64,000 bases of DNA from a virus (IMGVR_UViG_3300020577_005800:6044-70043), one strand, 5' to 3'; positions 37,858 through 48,229 are shown, counted from the first letter of the stretch. Translations and numbers: made by a program. The notes: generated by a model from the sequence alone, not told the origin.

Positions 37858-39220
37858 GCAACTTTCGTTCCTGGATAACCTCCCTATTCCGGTGCAACCG
37901 GCTCCCAAGGAGGTCACCTACTCCGCCTCGCAGATTTCGACGTATCGCTTGTGCGCTCGTCGTTGGTACTACGAGAAGATCGCCAAGTTGCCGCAGCCCA
38001 TCAAGCCGGGCACGGAACTCGGCACTCAGATGCACGCACTTCTGGAGAAGTACGTCGAACTCGGAGAGCGCACGGACGAACCAATTCTGGAGCAAGTGTG
38101 GGACTCCGAATTGATGAAATCGGTGCTCGCGCTGTCGAAGGATCAGGTCCACGTCGAAAGCGAATGCACGTTCGTGATGAACGGCAAGCGCGTCAACGGC
38201 CGCATCGACCTGTGCTGGCGCGAAGGCCGTACGATGTACATCCTGGACCACAAAACGACCAAGGACTTTCGCTACGCGAAGAAGCCGGACGAGGCGCTGA
38301 GCGACCCTCAGACTCTCGTCTACGCTCATTGGGCGTTCCAGGACCCCGACGTGGACACGGTGATTTTCATTTATCACTACATCCGCACGGTAAAGCCCAC
38401 GGCACCTCGTATCGTCCGCATCCAGCACAGCCGTGAGACCATTTCGCCCTTGCTCGACGGCATGGATGCGGATATGACGGAGATGGCGCGGCTCCGAGAC
38501 CTTCCCGAGACCTCCGCTCCGCAGAATACGGACGCTTGCTGGGCCTTCGGTGGATGTCCTTTCCGCGAGCGTTGTTTCAGCGTCAGCATGACTGGGACGA
38601 TCGGTCAGATGGTGACGCAAACGAATACTTCTTCCACGGAGAATGCTATGAACCCGACCGACCTCAATTCGTTCCTCAGTGGGCTCCCGGTTCCGACCGC
38701 GCAGAACCCCTCGCCAGCCGCCCAGCCCTCGAAGCCCTCTGCCCCGGTCGCGACCGCGCCAGAAACCCCGAAGGAGCCCGAAGCACCTAAGCAGGAGAAG
38801 CCCAAGACGACGGGAGGACTCAAGCTCGGGTCGCAGATGCCGCAGACGGAGACGAGCACTCCTGCGCCCGTGCCGAAGACGGAGACGCGCACGCCAGTTC
38901 CCGTCCCCGGTGCCGGTCTTCCGATCGTCATTTTCGGTGGACACATCTGCGATGAATCCGCCGTCACGTTGGAGGAGTTCGCTCAGCCCTTCATCGACGC
39001 CTACACGCAGGGTCCGGGCAAGGGCGCCCACTATCTCACCGTGGAGTTCAACAAGGCGGAGCGAGTCATCGCGGTGGAGACGATGGTGGCGATTCACACC
39101 GGAAAGGTCACTCTCCCTCCTGTGCTCGTCGTCGACCGCGAGAGCGTTCTCGGTCGGTTCTTCCGGTGCGAGGCCCGCTACCTGAAGGGCAAGGCGCGCG
39201 TCATCGTCGCTGACCGTTAA
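37850..39220 (+). CDS. PD-(D/E)XK (RecB/Cas4-like) exonuclease with Pro-rich linker and C-terminal domain
   Basis: SASQI..C, GTQMH, GRID, ILDHKT, Q..Y and CWAFGGCPFRERC. Confidence 0.88.
   Translation: MSEQLSFLDNLPIPVQPAPKEVTYSASQISTYRLCARRWYYEKIAKLPQPIKPGTELGTQMHALLEKYVELGERTDEPILEQVWDSELMKSVLALSKDQVHVESECTFVMNGKRVNGRIDLCWREGRTMYILDHKTTKDFRYAKKPDEALSDPQTLVYAHWAFQDPDVDTVIFIYHYIRTVKPTAPRIVRIQHSRETISPLLDGMDADMTEMARLRDLPETSAPQNTDACWAFGGCPFRERCFSVSMTGTIGQMVTQTNTSSTENAMNPTDLNSFLSGLPVPTAQNPSPAAQPSKPSAPVATAPETPKEPEAPKQEKPKTTGGLKLGSQMPQTETSTPAPVPKTETRTPVPVPGAGLPIVIFGGHICDESAVTLEEFAQPFIDAYTQGPGKGAHYLTVEFNKAERVIAVETMVAIHTGKVTLPPVLVVDRESVLGRFFRCEARYLKGKARVIVADR
38838..38903 (+). repeat. Imperfect 33-bp tandem repeat in the nuclease linker
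   Basis: TGCCGCAGACGGAGACGAGCAC... and TGCCGAAGACGGAGACGCGCAC... Confidence 0.7.
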
Positions 39221-39236
39221 GGTTTCCCTGGTCGTA

Positions 39237-39265
39237 TTGAGCGCGCGGGAGAGGCGGGGTATGCT
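39237..39265 (+). promoter_or_regulatory. Sigma70-like promoter upstream of the primase
   Basis: TTGAGC-N17-TATGCT. Confidence 0.55.
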
Positions 39266-39300
39266 CCTCTCGCACGACTGTCTCTTGTTGACTGGGAGGC

Positions 39301-41736
39301 TTGATGACTCGCGTCCACGTATGGGACGACCGATACATTCGGTCGTGGCAAGGGGAGGAGGTGGATATTCCACCGGCCTACCCAATTGTGGACTGGACCA
39401 CAGCGCTGAAGTTCGTCTATCGCACCGATGCTCACTTCTGCCCCGCTCGAATTGATGGAGTTGATGAGCATCATCCCCGCCTGAATCTCGAACTCGCCCA
39501 GCCGTACAAGGACAAGGTTGTCTTCGATGTCATCGTGGTGGATGTCGACGGCCCTGGGCATAAATGCTCGGATGAATGGTGGGCGGAGCAGAATGATAAA
39601 ATCCGCCTGACTCCGTGGGACGGAGGAATTCGGTATCGTACGCGCGGTGGTTATCGCATCGTCTGGGAATTGCCCTACTCCATGGGCATCGACGATTATC
39701 TCCGTCATCATGCGGCGCTTCGCAACGCGCTGAAGAATATTGGCGTTCCAGTAGATGAGGCGCCCGTTCTCCTCACCTGGAATGTGTCCTATCGCCTGCC
39801 GTTCGTCACACGGGACGGCAAGATGCAGAACCACGAGTTCATCGACTCGGAGAATGCGGTTCTTCCTACGGGACTGCTGGAACTTTCGGTACGTCCCGAC
39901 GGACGGCTTACGCTGGGCGCGGAGCTTGCGAAGGTATCAATTCCGGTCGACCTCTCGGAGGCGGCTGGTGCCGGCAACCGGAACTCGTATCTGCACAAGG
40001 TCTGCTCCTCCCTGCGAAATCTGTCGTGGCTGGACGAGGAACTGGCGACCGAGTTTCTGAATGTCGTCAACGAGTTCAAGTGCAGCCCTCCGCTCACCCC
40101 GCGAGAGGCCAGCCGAGAGATTCCTGGCATCGTCAAGTCGGTGTTTCGGTCGTACAAGCCGATGGAGGACACCGACCTGGAAGATGAGGAGATTCCCCGT
40201 ACGGAGATCGATCTCCGCAACGGAGAATTGCATAAATCTGTCGAGGAAGTTATCGAAGTCCTGAAGGATTCGCCCAACCTCTACGTGCGCAGCGGCAAGC
40301 TCGTCCGCATCATCAACAAGCACATCGATCTGCTGCCGAAGGACGCACTCTCGACGCTCATGTCGCGACAGGCAGCGTTCTTCAAGTACGTCCCCGTCAA
40401 GGACGGTATGAAGCGCGTCGCCTCCAATCCTCCGGAGGATTTGCGTAATTGCGTCTTCGCCGAAGGCACGTACCCAGGCATTCGCGAATTGGAGCAAGTG
40501 CTCACGTGTCCTACGATGCGTCCGGACGGAGAACTGCTTACTCACCCCGGATACGATGAAGAGACGAAGACGTACCTCAATCCGGACTTCATCGTGAGCC
40601 TGCCGGATTACGTCTCGAAGGAAGAAGCGGCTGCCGCTCTCGCGCGGCTGAAGGCACCCTTCCGTCAATTCCCGTTCGTGAGCGCGGCGCACTACAGCGG
40701 CCTCATTGCGGCGATTATGACCCCGATTCTGCGTCTCGCGATTCAGGGGCCGACTCCACTGTTCATCTTCGATTCTCCTACTCCTGGCACGGGTAAGGGT
40801 CTCCTCGCCGACGCGGTGTCTCTCATCAGTCTCGGGCGCAAGGCCGATGTTATGTCCATGACCGACGATACCGAGTTGGAGAAGCGCATCACCGCGCTCT
40901 TGGGGGCGTCTACTCAGGTGGTGCTCATCGACAACATCAAGAACGGCACGGCGCTCGGCAGCCCTCATCTGGATGCGGTGCTCACCTCAAATGTGTGGAT
41001 GGGTCGTACGCTCTCTAAGTCGGAAATGGTTCGTTATCGGAACATGGCGACGTGGGTCGCGACGGGATGTCAGATTCGGATCGAAGGCGACCTCAAGCGG
41101 CGCTCTATTCGCTGCTATATCGACGCCAAGATGGAGAACCCGGAGAATCGCAAGTTCGATATCGAAGACCTAGGTCAGTATCTCATCGACAATCGCGCCG
41201 ATCTTGTGAGAGACATTCTCCTGATTGCCCGTGGGCGTCATCAGGCGGGGAAGGTGCCTGCGTCCACGTATGGCTCGTTCGGTGCGTGGAGCTATTGGGT
41301 GCGTGAGGCCCTCCTGTGGCTGGGGGAGGCGGATCCTCTTCTTACCCAGGAAGCACTCAAGGCGAACTCGCCCGTCAACACCTGGGGTCGCGTGCTTGAA
41401 TGTCTGATGGGTATTTTCCAGAGCAAGGAAAATGCGGCAATTCTGTCGGACTTGTTCTACGTCAAGGACGTGTGGGATGCTGCTATCGAGCAACTGAAAC
41501 GCCGCAACGCGCCCCAGCAGTTCTATGACGGCTTGCAGGCGGCCATCGGCGAGTTGATGCGCGACGGAACGATCAAGGACATTCAACGCATTCTGGTGAG
41601 TTGGACGGATCGTGTGGTCGGTGGTCTGCGCCTCGTGGCAGGCGAGAGTGATCTGAAGGGAGTCCCGTACCGGATCGAGCGGGTTGAGCCGGTGCTTGAT
41701 GTCAGTGGAGGAAAGAATGGCGCTTATTCCGCATAA
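39301..41736 (+). CDS. Primase-polymerase/PriCT fused to a P-loop helicase-like domain
   Basis: DVDGPGH and YRTRGGYRIVW (AEP-like), GNRN PriCT motif, SPTPGTGKG Walker A, LIDN. Confidence 0.85.
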   Translation: MMTRVHVWDDRYIRSWQGEEVDIPPAYPIVDWTTALKFVYRTDAHFCPARIDGVDEHHPRLNLELAQPYKDKVVFDVIVVDVDGPGHKCSDEWWAEQNDKIRLTPWDGGIRYRTRGGYRIVWELPYSMGIDDYLRHHAALRNALKNIGVPVDEAPVLLTWNVSYRLPFVTRDGKMQNHEFIDSENAVLPTGLLELSVRPDGRLTLGAELAKVSIPVDLSEAAGAGNRNSYLHKVCSSLRNLSWLDEELATEFLNVVNEFKCSPPLTPREASREIPGIVKSVFRSYKPMEDTDLEDEEIPRTEIDLRNGELHKSVEEVIEVLKDSPNLYVRSGKLVRIINKHIDLLPKDALSTLMSRQAAFFKYVPVKDGMKRVASNPPEDLRNCVFAEGTYPGIRELEQVLTCPTMRPDGELLTHPGYDEETKTYLNPDFIVSLPDYVSKEEAAAALARLKAPFRQFPFVSAAHYSGLIAAIMTPILRLAIQGPTPLFIFDSPTPGTGKGLLADAVSLISLGRKADVMSMTDDTELEKRITALLGASTQVVLIDNIKNGTALGSPHLDAVLTSNVWMGRTLSKSEMVRYRNMATWVATGCQIRIEGDLKRRSIRCYIDAKMENPENRKFDIEDLGQYLIDNRADLVRDILLIARGRHQAGKVPASTYGSFGAWSYWVREALLWLGEADPLLTQEALKANSPVNTWGRVLECLMGIFQSKENAAILSDLFYVKDVWDAAIEQLKRRNAPQQFYDGLQAAIGELMRDGTIKDIQRILVSWTDRVVGGLRLVAGESDLKGVPYRIERVEPVLDVSGGKNGAYSA

Positions 41737-43840
41737 CGAGCGCGTGTATTACACGCTGCCCCAGGACGTGATCGACGAGGCCCAGAAGGCGCGTTCTCCA
41801 TTCCGGAATATCGAACAGGAGGTCACGTACTACCGCACCTATTCCGCCAAGATTGGCGATCGAAACGAGGTGTGGTGGGAGACGTGCAAGCGCGTCATCG
41901 AAGGCTGTTGGTCCATCTATCTGTGGAACTGGCAGAAGCGGAACATTCCGGTGCCGGTTGATATCGGGGATCGCCTCGCGCGCACAATGTTCTGGGCGAT
42001 GTTCCGACTTCAGTGGGTCCCGGCCGGGCGCGGGCTCCAGCACATGGGTCGTGAGGTCATGTGGGAGAAAGGGTCGGCGATCCTGAACAACTGCGGATTC
42101 ATTTCTACGGGAAACATGCACACGAAGGGATTCGCATATCCGTTCGAGTTCCTGATGGACATGAGTATGCTCGGCGTTGGTGTCGGGCTCGATACGCAGG
42201 GAGAGGGGTATTCGGTTAAGTGCCCTTCCGATACTACGCAGACTCAGTACCTTGTCGCAGACACACGTGAGGGATGGGTCGATATGCTGACCACGTTCCT
42301 CAATGCCTTCGACGGCAAGGACTGTCTCTATCCGTCTTGGGATTTCTCCGAGGTGCGTAAGTATGGCGCCGATCTCAAGCTGATGGGAGGAAAGGCGTCC
42401 GGTCCAACGCCACTCGCGCGCATGCTGGTGGAACTCCTGTGGGTTCTCGTGCCAGGACACAAGTTCGTGGTCGACATCACAGATGAAACCGGCCGTGTCG
42501 AGCGCATCTCCGAAAGCATTCCTTCTTGGCGTTTTTGGACCCAGTTCAAGAACGTGCAGCGGTTGGATATCGTCGGTCTGGATGGATTCGAGGCGTACGC
42601 CATCGCCGACAACCAGATCGCTGATATCGCCAACATCATTGGCAAATGCGTCGTTTCTGGAGGCATCAGGCGCTCGGCCGAGATCGTGCTGGGCAAGTTC
42701 TCGTCAAAGGCGTTCCGTGATCGCAAGCGCAATGACATGCTTCGCGATGCGTGGCGCTGGTGCTCCAACAACTCCGCAGTAGTGGATGATCATCTTGCTC
42801 CGAGTCAGTGCAATACCATCGGCAACGAAGTAGGGGACTACGGCGACGTGGGCGTGTTCTGGCGAGGGCTCACGCGCGAGATGGGCCGCACCGGAGAATT
42901 GCTCGAAGACCCGAACGTCGTCGGATGCAACCCGTGCGGTGAGCAACCGGAGGACGACGAGGAACTCTGCAATCTGGGCGAGACGGCGCCCTTCAACTGC
43001 AACTCGCTCGACGAATGGGGCGTCTCTGCGCTCTGCACCTACTACTACTGCAAGGCGGTCTCGCTCCTGCCAGTTCATCGCGCCGTCACCCAGTCGGTGA
43101 TCGACCGCAATCGCCGTATGGGTATCTCCATGACGGGGGTGCTGCCAGCGCTGGAGAAGTTCGGGGAAGATTCCTTCTGGAAGAAGTGCGATGAGATGTA
43201 CTCGGTCCTTCGTGCCACCGATCGCATCTGGTCGAAGGATATCGGCGTCGGCGAATCTATCCGTCTCACGAGTCTGAAGCCGTCGGGCACGGTGTCTCTC
43301 GTGCTCGGCGTGCCTTCGGGCATGTTGCCGGACAAGGCCGAATTCTCCATCCGACGCATTCGCCTGGAGAACACCTCGCCGCTCATTCGTATCCTTCAGG
43401 ACCACGGCTACCACTGCGAGCCCGATCTCGCTGCCCCTGCAACGACGGTGGTGGAGTTCCTGGTGAAAGCGTCTTCCAGCCGCACCAGCGCGAATTTCTC
43501 CATGGTGGAGCAACTCGACTTGGTGGAGGACATCCAGCGGTATTGGTCGGACAACATGGTGTCGAACACCATCGGTTTCCGGGCTCACGAGCAGAAGGAC
43601 ATCGGTCCCGAAATCTTCAAGCGACAAGGGCGGGTGAAGTCACTGGCCTTCCTGGCGCTGGAGGACCACAAGTACAAGCAAGCTCCCTACGAGGCTGTGT
43701 CGCGAGAGGTGTATGAGGCGAAGGCGGAACGATTGATTCCGTTCAGTCTCTCGGAGGCGCTGCCCTTCTACGTCCACGAGAACGACGAGAAGTTCTGCGA
43801 CGGTGAGAAGTGCTCCGTTGGGTCGGTGATGGTGGCATGA
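41717..43840 (+). CDS. nrdJ: Class II (adenosylcobalamin-dependent) ribonucleotide reductase, monomeric type
   Basis: PAGRGL, NNCGF, GGIRRSA, GCNPCGEQ, KPSGTVS; GGAGGA RBS before ATG 41717. Confidence 0.93.
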   Translation: MALIPHNERVYYTLPQDVIDEAQKARSPFRNIEQEVTYYRTYSAKIGDRNEVWWETCKRVIEGCWSIYLWNWQKRNIPVPVDIGDRLARTMFWAMFRLQWVPAGRGLQHMGREVMWEKGSAILNNCGFISTGNMHTKGFAYPFEFLMDMSMLGVGVGLDTQGEGYSVKCPSDTTQTQYLVADTREGWVDMLTTFLNAFDGKDCLYPSWDFSEVRKYGADLKLMGGKASGPTPLARMLVELLWVLVPGHKFVVDITDETGRVERISESIPSWRFWTQFKNVQRLDIVGLDGFEAYAIADNQIADIANIIGKCVVSGGIRRSAEIVLGKFSSKAFRDRKRNDMLRDAWRWCSNNSAVVDDHLAPSQCNTIGNEVGDYGDVGVFWRGLTREMGRTGELLEDPNVVGCNPCGEQPEDDEELCNLGETAPFNCNSLDEWGVSALCTYYYCKAVSLLPVHRAVTQSVIDRNRRMGISMTGVLPALEKFGEDSFWKKCDEMYSVLRATDRIWSKDIGVGESIRLTSLKPSGTVSLVLGVPSGMLPDKAEFSIRRIRLENTSPLIRILQDHGYHCEPDLAAPATTVVEFLVKASSSRTSANFSMVEQLDLVEDIQRYWSDNMVSNTIGFRAHEQKDIGPEIFKRQGRVKSLAFLALEDHKYKQAPYEAVSREVYEAKAERLIPFSLSEALPFYVHENDEKFCDGEKCSVGSVMVA

Positions 43841-44440
43841 AACTCTCTGCTCCTGTAGCCCGCGCTTACGAGCGCCCGAGCCCGGTCACCCTTCCGTCTG
43901 GAGAACGCCACTGGCTCATCACGGACAAAGGTGACCCTGATGCACGTGCCCTCGTGGACGGAGAAGTGACCACGGGAATTCCTCACTACTCACGACAGAG
44001 CCCCGGCTCCCGACTATTCACCCGCAACGGTCAGAACCTCGTGTTCATCACGGAGGACAAACTGGCAGTGTGGGTGACCTTCCGTCCAACCCCTGGGAAG
44101 GCCACTCGGAGTGACAAGTTGGATGCTTGGGAGTGTGCTCTGTTCCGCAACGATGGGCCGTACAAGTCGAGCGTCCTGATCCGCGAAGCAGTTCTCCTCT
44201 CGTGCGCAATTTGGGGGGGCTCTGCCGAAAGACGGATTTATCACATTCGTCAAGCCGGAGTGTCTGCGAACCGAGATAGCGGGTTATTGCTACAAGCGCG
44301 CAGGATGGCGGAGGGTCGGACACTCTTCGGACGGAAAACCACTGCTTCGAGCCCCTCGCCCCGCCCAGATTCCTCATTGGGGTCAGTGGCGGTTCGTAGG
44401 CAATCGCGGCGGCAAACTTCGCATCGAACTGGGAGGCTAG
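43837..44440 (+). pseudogene. Mom-like GNAT-fold protein interrupted by a +1 frameshift at a G7 tract
   Basis: HYSRQ...WECALFRND..SSVLIREA in frame 0 continues as LPKDGFITFVK...GYCYKRAGWRRVG in the +1 frame after G44213-44219. That frame stops at 44440, one base before the next ATG. Confidence 0.7.
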
Positions 44441-44441
44441 A

Positions 44442-46277
44442 ATGGCATTCTTCGATGTGAATAGCCTCTTCGGTCCTGCGAAGCCCGTAGCCGTCATTGA
44501 TGCCCCTTCCGCGGGGTCGTCGATGGCGTGGCTCGGAGTGCCGGTCCCGAAGGCAGAGCCCGTCAAAATCGACCTCCCGGAAATCATCTTCTCCAAGTTC
44601 AAGGGGCCGATCGAAGACGAGTGGGAACGGGTGCTCGCCATTCCTCGTGTGGAGGAGTGCGACCCTTCGGCGGTGGATTGGCTGCATCGCACGCGCAAAT
44701 TCGAGCTACGACCCATCCAGGCTCAGACGCTTGCGGCTATCGCCCAATACCACGGGTTGTTCGGGGATATCACTGTCGGCGCCGGCAAGACGTTGATCGC
44801 GTGGTTGTCTGGTGTCGTGATGAAGTCACGTAAGTACGTCATTATGATGCCCGCTACCAATGTCGAGCCGTTCAAGGGCGAGATTGATAAATTCCGGCAT
44901 CACTTCGTCGAGCCCGAAGTCGACCCTCAGATCATCTCCTACAACCTGCTTTCGAGCGCCAAGAGCAGCGACATTCTGGACCGGCTGAAGCCTGACCTCA
45001 TTGTCGCAGATGAGGCGCATACCTTGATGAATGACAGCGCTCGAACGAAACGACTGAACCGTTACTTCGAGTCCAATCCAGAGTGCCGCCTCGTGGTCAT
45101 GTCTGGCACATTCATCGACAAGAAGCCGTCGAAGCTCGCCAAGCTAGTGAAATATACCCTTCGGGATCGTGCCTTCATGCCAACTCACGGGAAGGCGTTG
45201 GATGTCTGGGCAGAGTGTGTGGACTTGGATGGCAAGCCCAGTGAGCCTGACTGGCACTTTTTCAATAAATTGGCTCAGGCTGAAGGCATCGACATCGGGA
45301 ACTACTACGGCGAGGAACGTGCATCGAAGGCGCGGAAGGTCGTCTACTCCCGTATGAGCACGACCCCGGGCGTCATTTCAGCGACCAAGGCTTCGCTGGA
45401 TACTCCGATTATCTGTCGCAAAATCATGTCGACAGACAAGAAGGGGAAAATCGACGTTCCCGATGAGATCCATATGGCGCTGCGCCGTATCCAGACGGAG
45501 GAAGAGACGCCAGACGGAGAAGACATCATCCTCGATGACGCGCAAAGGGCTCGCTTGTCGAAGAATGTCAGCCTTGGATTTTTCTACCGCTGGGCATGGG
45601 AAGAAGTCGGAGGCAAGGACGAGGAATGGCTCCTTCGCCGCCGGGCGTGGCATCGGGCGCTCCGTCACGAACTCGAAGACAAGGCAACGGTCGGGTACGA
45701 TTCGCCGCTGCTGGTAACGAATAAAATCTCGCACGACTTCCTGATGGATCGCAGCATTGCGGATAATTCGCTGCTGCATATGTATTATCGGGACTGGCGC
45801 GAGGTGAAAGATCGGCCGGTGCCTCCCACGGTGCCTGTTTGGATTAGCTCGTATGTCTTCGACTGGCTGAAGGAATACCTCGCGACCTGTCCTCCTACTC
45901 TCATCTGGTATACGTCGAAGGCGTGTGAACAGGCGCTTGCCGCCCTGGGTCTTCCCGTGTACGGTCAGGGGTCTGAGGTGCCTACGGACGGCCGCACGTG
46001 CGCGGTGTCCATCGCAGTCCACGGAACGGGTAAAAACCTCCAGCCGTGGCACCACAACCTCATTATCGAGCCAATGACGAGTGCCAAGGCGTGGGAGCAA
46101 TTGATGGGTCGTACCCATCGCCCAGGCCAGATGGCGGATTGCGTCTATTTCGACATCCTCTGCCATACGCATGTATTGAAAGAGGCTATCGACAAGGCGA
46201 TGGAAGGGGCGGTATTCGTCAAAGAACTGAACGGGGCGGATCAACGACTGCTCCTCGCAAACTGGGAGAATGCCTAA
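44442..46277 (+). CDS. Superfamily 2 (SNF2/DEAD-like) helicase
   Basis: LRPIQ, VGAGKT, VADEAH, MSGT and QLMGRTHRPGQ. Confidence 0.92.
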   Translation: MAFFDVNSLFGPAKPVAVIDAPSAGSSMAWLGVPVPKAEPVKIDLPEIIFSKFKGPIEDEWERVLAIPRVEECDPSAVDWLHRTRKFELRPIQAQTLAAIAQYHGLFGDITVGAGKTLIAWLSGVVMKSRKYVIMMPATNVEPFKGEIDKFRHHFVEPEVDPQIISYNLLSSAKSSDILDRLKPDLIVADEAHTLMNDSARTKRLNRYFESNPECRLVVMSGTFIDKKPSKLAKLVKYTLRDRAFMPTHGKALDVWAECVDLDGKPSEPDWHFFNKLAQAEGIDIGNYYGEERASKARKVVYSRMSTTPGVISATKASLDTPIICRKIMSTDKKGKIDVPDEIHMALRRIQTEEETPDGEDIILDDAQRARLSKNVSLGFFYRWAWEEVGGKDEEWLLRRRAWHRALRHELEDKATVGYDSPLLVTNKISHDFLMDRSIADNSLLHMYYRDWREVKDRPVPPTVPVWISSYVFDWLKEYLATCPPTLIWYTSKACEQALAALGLPVYGQGSEVPTDGRTCAVSIAVHGTGKNLQPWHHNLIIEPMTSAKAWEQLMGRTHRPGQMADCVYFDILCHTHVLKEAIDKAMEGAVFVKELNGADQRLLLANWENA

Positions 46278-46939
46278 TGTCTGCTGAAGTGCTGGAAGTG
46301 CGCGTCGTGAATAAGTACAGCCCATATCGCAGTGTCATCCGCAGCCTCGGGTTGGCTGGTCCTCAGACCTTCCTCAAGGTGTGGGATGAGATTCAGGCGA
46401 ACAAGGTCTTCGAGGTCGCGTCTGTCCTCGAACATGCCGGTCGCGCTGATGCAATCGTGACGGAGGCGAACTGCGTGCTCGCCGGGGAAATGATTGCAAT
46501 CTTCCACGATCCGACCGATGATACTGTCGCGGTCGTTCGTCGCGCTGAAGAGGGGATTGTCGAAGTCTTCCACGTCGGCGAGATGCTCCTCCACCTCTAC
46601 GATGAACTCCGTGTTCGGCTCGCGTGGGCGCAGTGCCCCAAGGTCGACTGGACGCGCGTGCCCTTGGCGTCGAAGGCCGGCATGCTGATGAACTCGCTCT
46701 CGTGCCTTCTCGGCATGGGGCTGGTGATGCACCCGTCCATGCAGGATGGGACGCTCACTGTCGCGCGTGGCAACGAGGATGCGGTCGCGTTCCAGATCGA
46801 GGAACTCATCCGCGTTTTGAATCAAATCTTCCAAACCGCCCTCCCCGGTCAGATTCGGGACCCCGAGGAAGTGTGGTTGTTGCTCAAGAAGGCAACGTTC
46901 GTGGTGAAGAGTCCTGATTTTAGCGAAAAGGTGGTGTGA
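46277..46939 (+). CDS. Hypothetical protein
   Basis: ATG overlaps the helicase TAA. Confidence 0.7.
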   Translation: MSAEVLEVRVVNKYSPYRSVIRSLGLAGPQTFLKVWDEIQANKVFEVASVLEHAGRADAIVTEANCVLAGEMIAIFHDPTDDTVAVVRRAEEGIVEVFHVGEMLLHLYDELRVRLAWAQCPKVDWTRVPLASKAGMLMNSLSCLLGMGLVMHPSMQDGTLTVARGNEDAVAFQIEELIRVLNQIFQTALPGQIRDPEEVWLLLKKATFVVKSPDFSEKVV

Positions 46940-46940
46940 C

Positions 46941-47465
46941 ATGGGCGCAATCGGAAAGCAGGTCGCTGGTGCGAAGATGGGTCGTGGCAACGGCTCGTTC
47001 GCGGTCGAAGGTCTCTACGACGAGATGACGGTCACGGACGTGTCGGTGTTCGATGGTGAGGAGAACGGACTGACCCACGTCGTCGTGGAACTGTCGGTGC
47101 AGAAGTTCATCCCGCGTGGGGAGTCGAAGCTGGAGGATCAGCCCCCGGGCTCGACGGTCACTTGGATGCAGGTGATCAAGCCGGAGATCAAGAAGACGAT
47201 CCTCGGCAATCTCAAGCGGGCCGCGCTGATCTTCATCCGCCAGTTGGCGCGCAACGCGGGTCAGGCTGGGTGGGACAAGATCGACGAGTCGAGTGTGACG
47301 GAAGACGTGATCGACAATCACATCTTCTGCCAGAACTCGAAGCTCATCGGTCTCCAGATCGCCGGCGAGGCGAAGCTCAAGAAGAAGAAGAAGTCGGACG
47401 GCTTCATCACGCTTCTCGACTTCAAGAACGTCGAGCCCCAGGCGCGCGAAACCCAGACGGCGTAA
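46941..47465 (+). CDS. Putative single-stranded DNA-binding protein
   Basis: Beta-rich ORF between the helicase and polymerase; function inferred from position only. Confidence 0.4.
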   Translation: MGAIGKQVAGAKMGRGNGSFAVEGLYDEMTVTDVSVFDGEENGLTHVVVELSVQKFIPRGESKLEDQPPGSTVTWMQVIKPEIKKTILGNLKRAALIFIRQLARNAGQAGWDKIDESSVTEDVIDNHIFCQNSKLIGLQIAGEAKLKKKKKSDGFITLLDFKNVEPQARETQTA

Positions 47466-47577
47466 TCCCAACCCGACGATGCAATGAGACACGTAGCGAC
47501 CTGAAAAAGCCTTGGTGCCGGGCGTGCTAGGAGGTGGAACGCCTCCCTTCGTCGGATCCCTTTCAGGAGAAAAAGGA

Positions 47578-47919
47578 ATGATTCACTACATCCATAATTC
47601 CCTCGGTGCCGGCCACTTCACGATGGCGTTCGAGGTGCTCCCGCAGACGTGGTGGGACCGTCTCTGGAAGAAGTTCGACGTGCGATGGGCACTGGCCTAT
47701 TGCTTACCGCGAGACGAATACTCCCAGGAGGAAGGGGAGCGTATCGCGGCAGCGCGACTCCAGTTCATCAACAAGCGCCCGTCTCTGCGTTCGCGCGGGT
47801 TCGTCGGGATCCTGCGCTTGCCGGTCAGGCTGTCCCATATGATGCGTTTGCGCCTGCATCGTATCGCGCGGGAGAACACGCCGGAAATCTGGTCGCGCAA
47901 TATCGAGATCAATGACTGA
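47578..47919 (+). CDS. Hypothetical protein
   Basis: AGGAG/AAGGA RBS before ATG 47578. Confidence 0.65.
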   Translation: MIHYIHNSLGAGHFTMAFEVLPQTWWDRLWKKFDVRWALAYCLPRDEYSQEEGERIAAARLQFINKRPSLRSRGFVGILRLPVRLSHMMRLRLHRIARENTPEIWSRNIEIND

Positions 47920-48112
47920 AACGCTCCGGAATGGGCGCAGAGTCGCAAAGATTACCCCTCGCTCCGGGCGATGGAAGATTGAATGCTTCCTGAATCTCGC
48001 CAGTGACGGTGAGCCTGACGACTTGGAGAATGTGGGCGGGCGTCTCTTCGACAAGGAGATACCCGCTCGCGAGTGGGCTAAGCACTACCTCGAAAAGGGA
48101 CGACTGGGATGA
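47912..48112 (+). CDS. Hypothetical protein
   Basis: Overlapping start and stop packing. Confidence 0.55.
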   Translation: MTETLRNGRRVAKITPRSGRWKIECFLNLASDGEPDDLENVGGRLFDKEIPAREWAKHYLEKGRLG

Positions 48113-48229
48113 AAAGCTGGTGTCCGTTTTGCGGAGGCACTCACCCCTCCGACACGTGGCCTTGTAGAGAAGAAACTACCTCAATACCGTCGGCCGATGT
48201 CGCGGAATTGATTGCTAAGGAGGATAGTC

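Noticed and set aside
37850-38580. Cas4-like nuclease as part of a CRISPR system
   Set aside because: No repeat-spacer array or other cas genes were seen. Standalone PD-(D/E)XK nucleases are common in phage replication modules.
43810-44460. 216-aa ORF as annotated by the track
   Set aside because: Its C-terminal part is low-information Ser/Arg-rich sequence overlapping the helicase start, and the +1 frame holds the conserved motifs.
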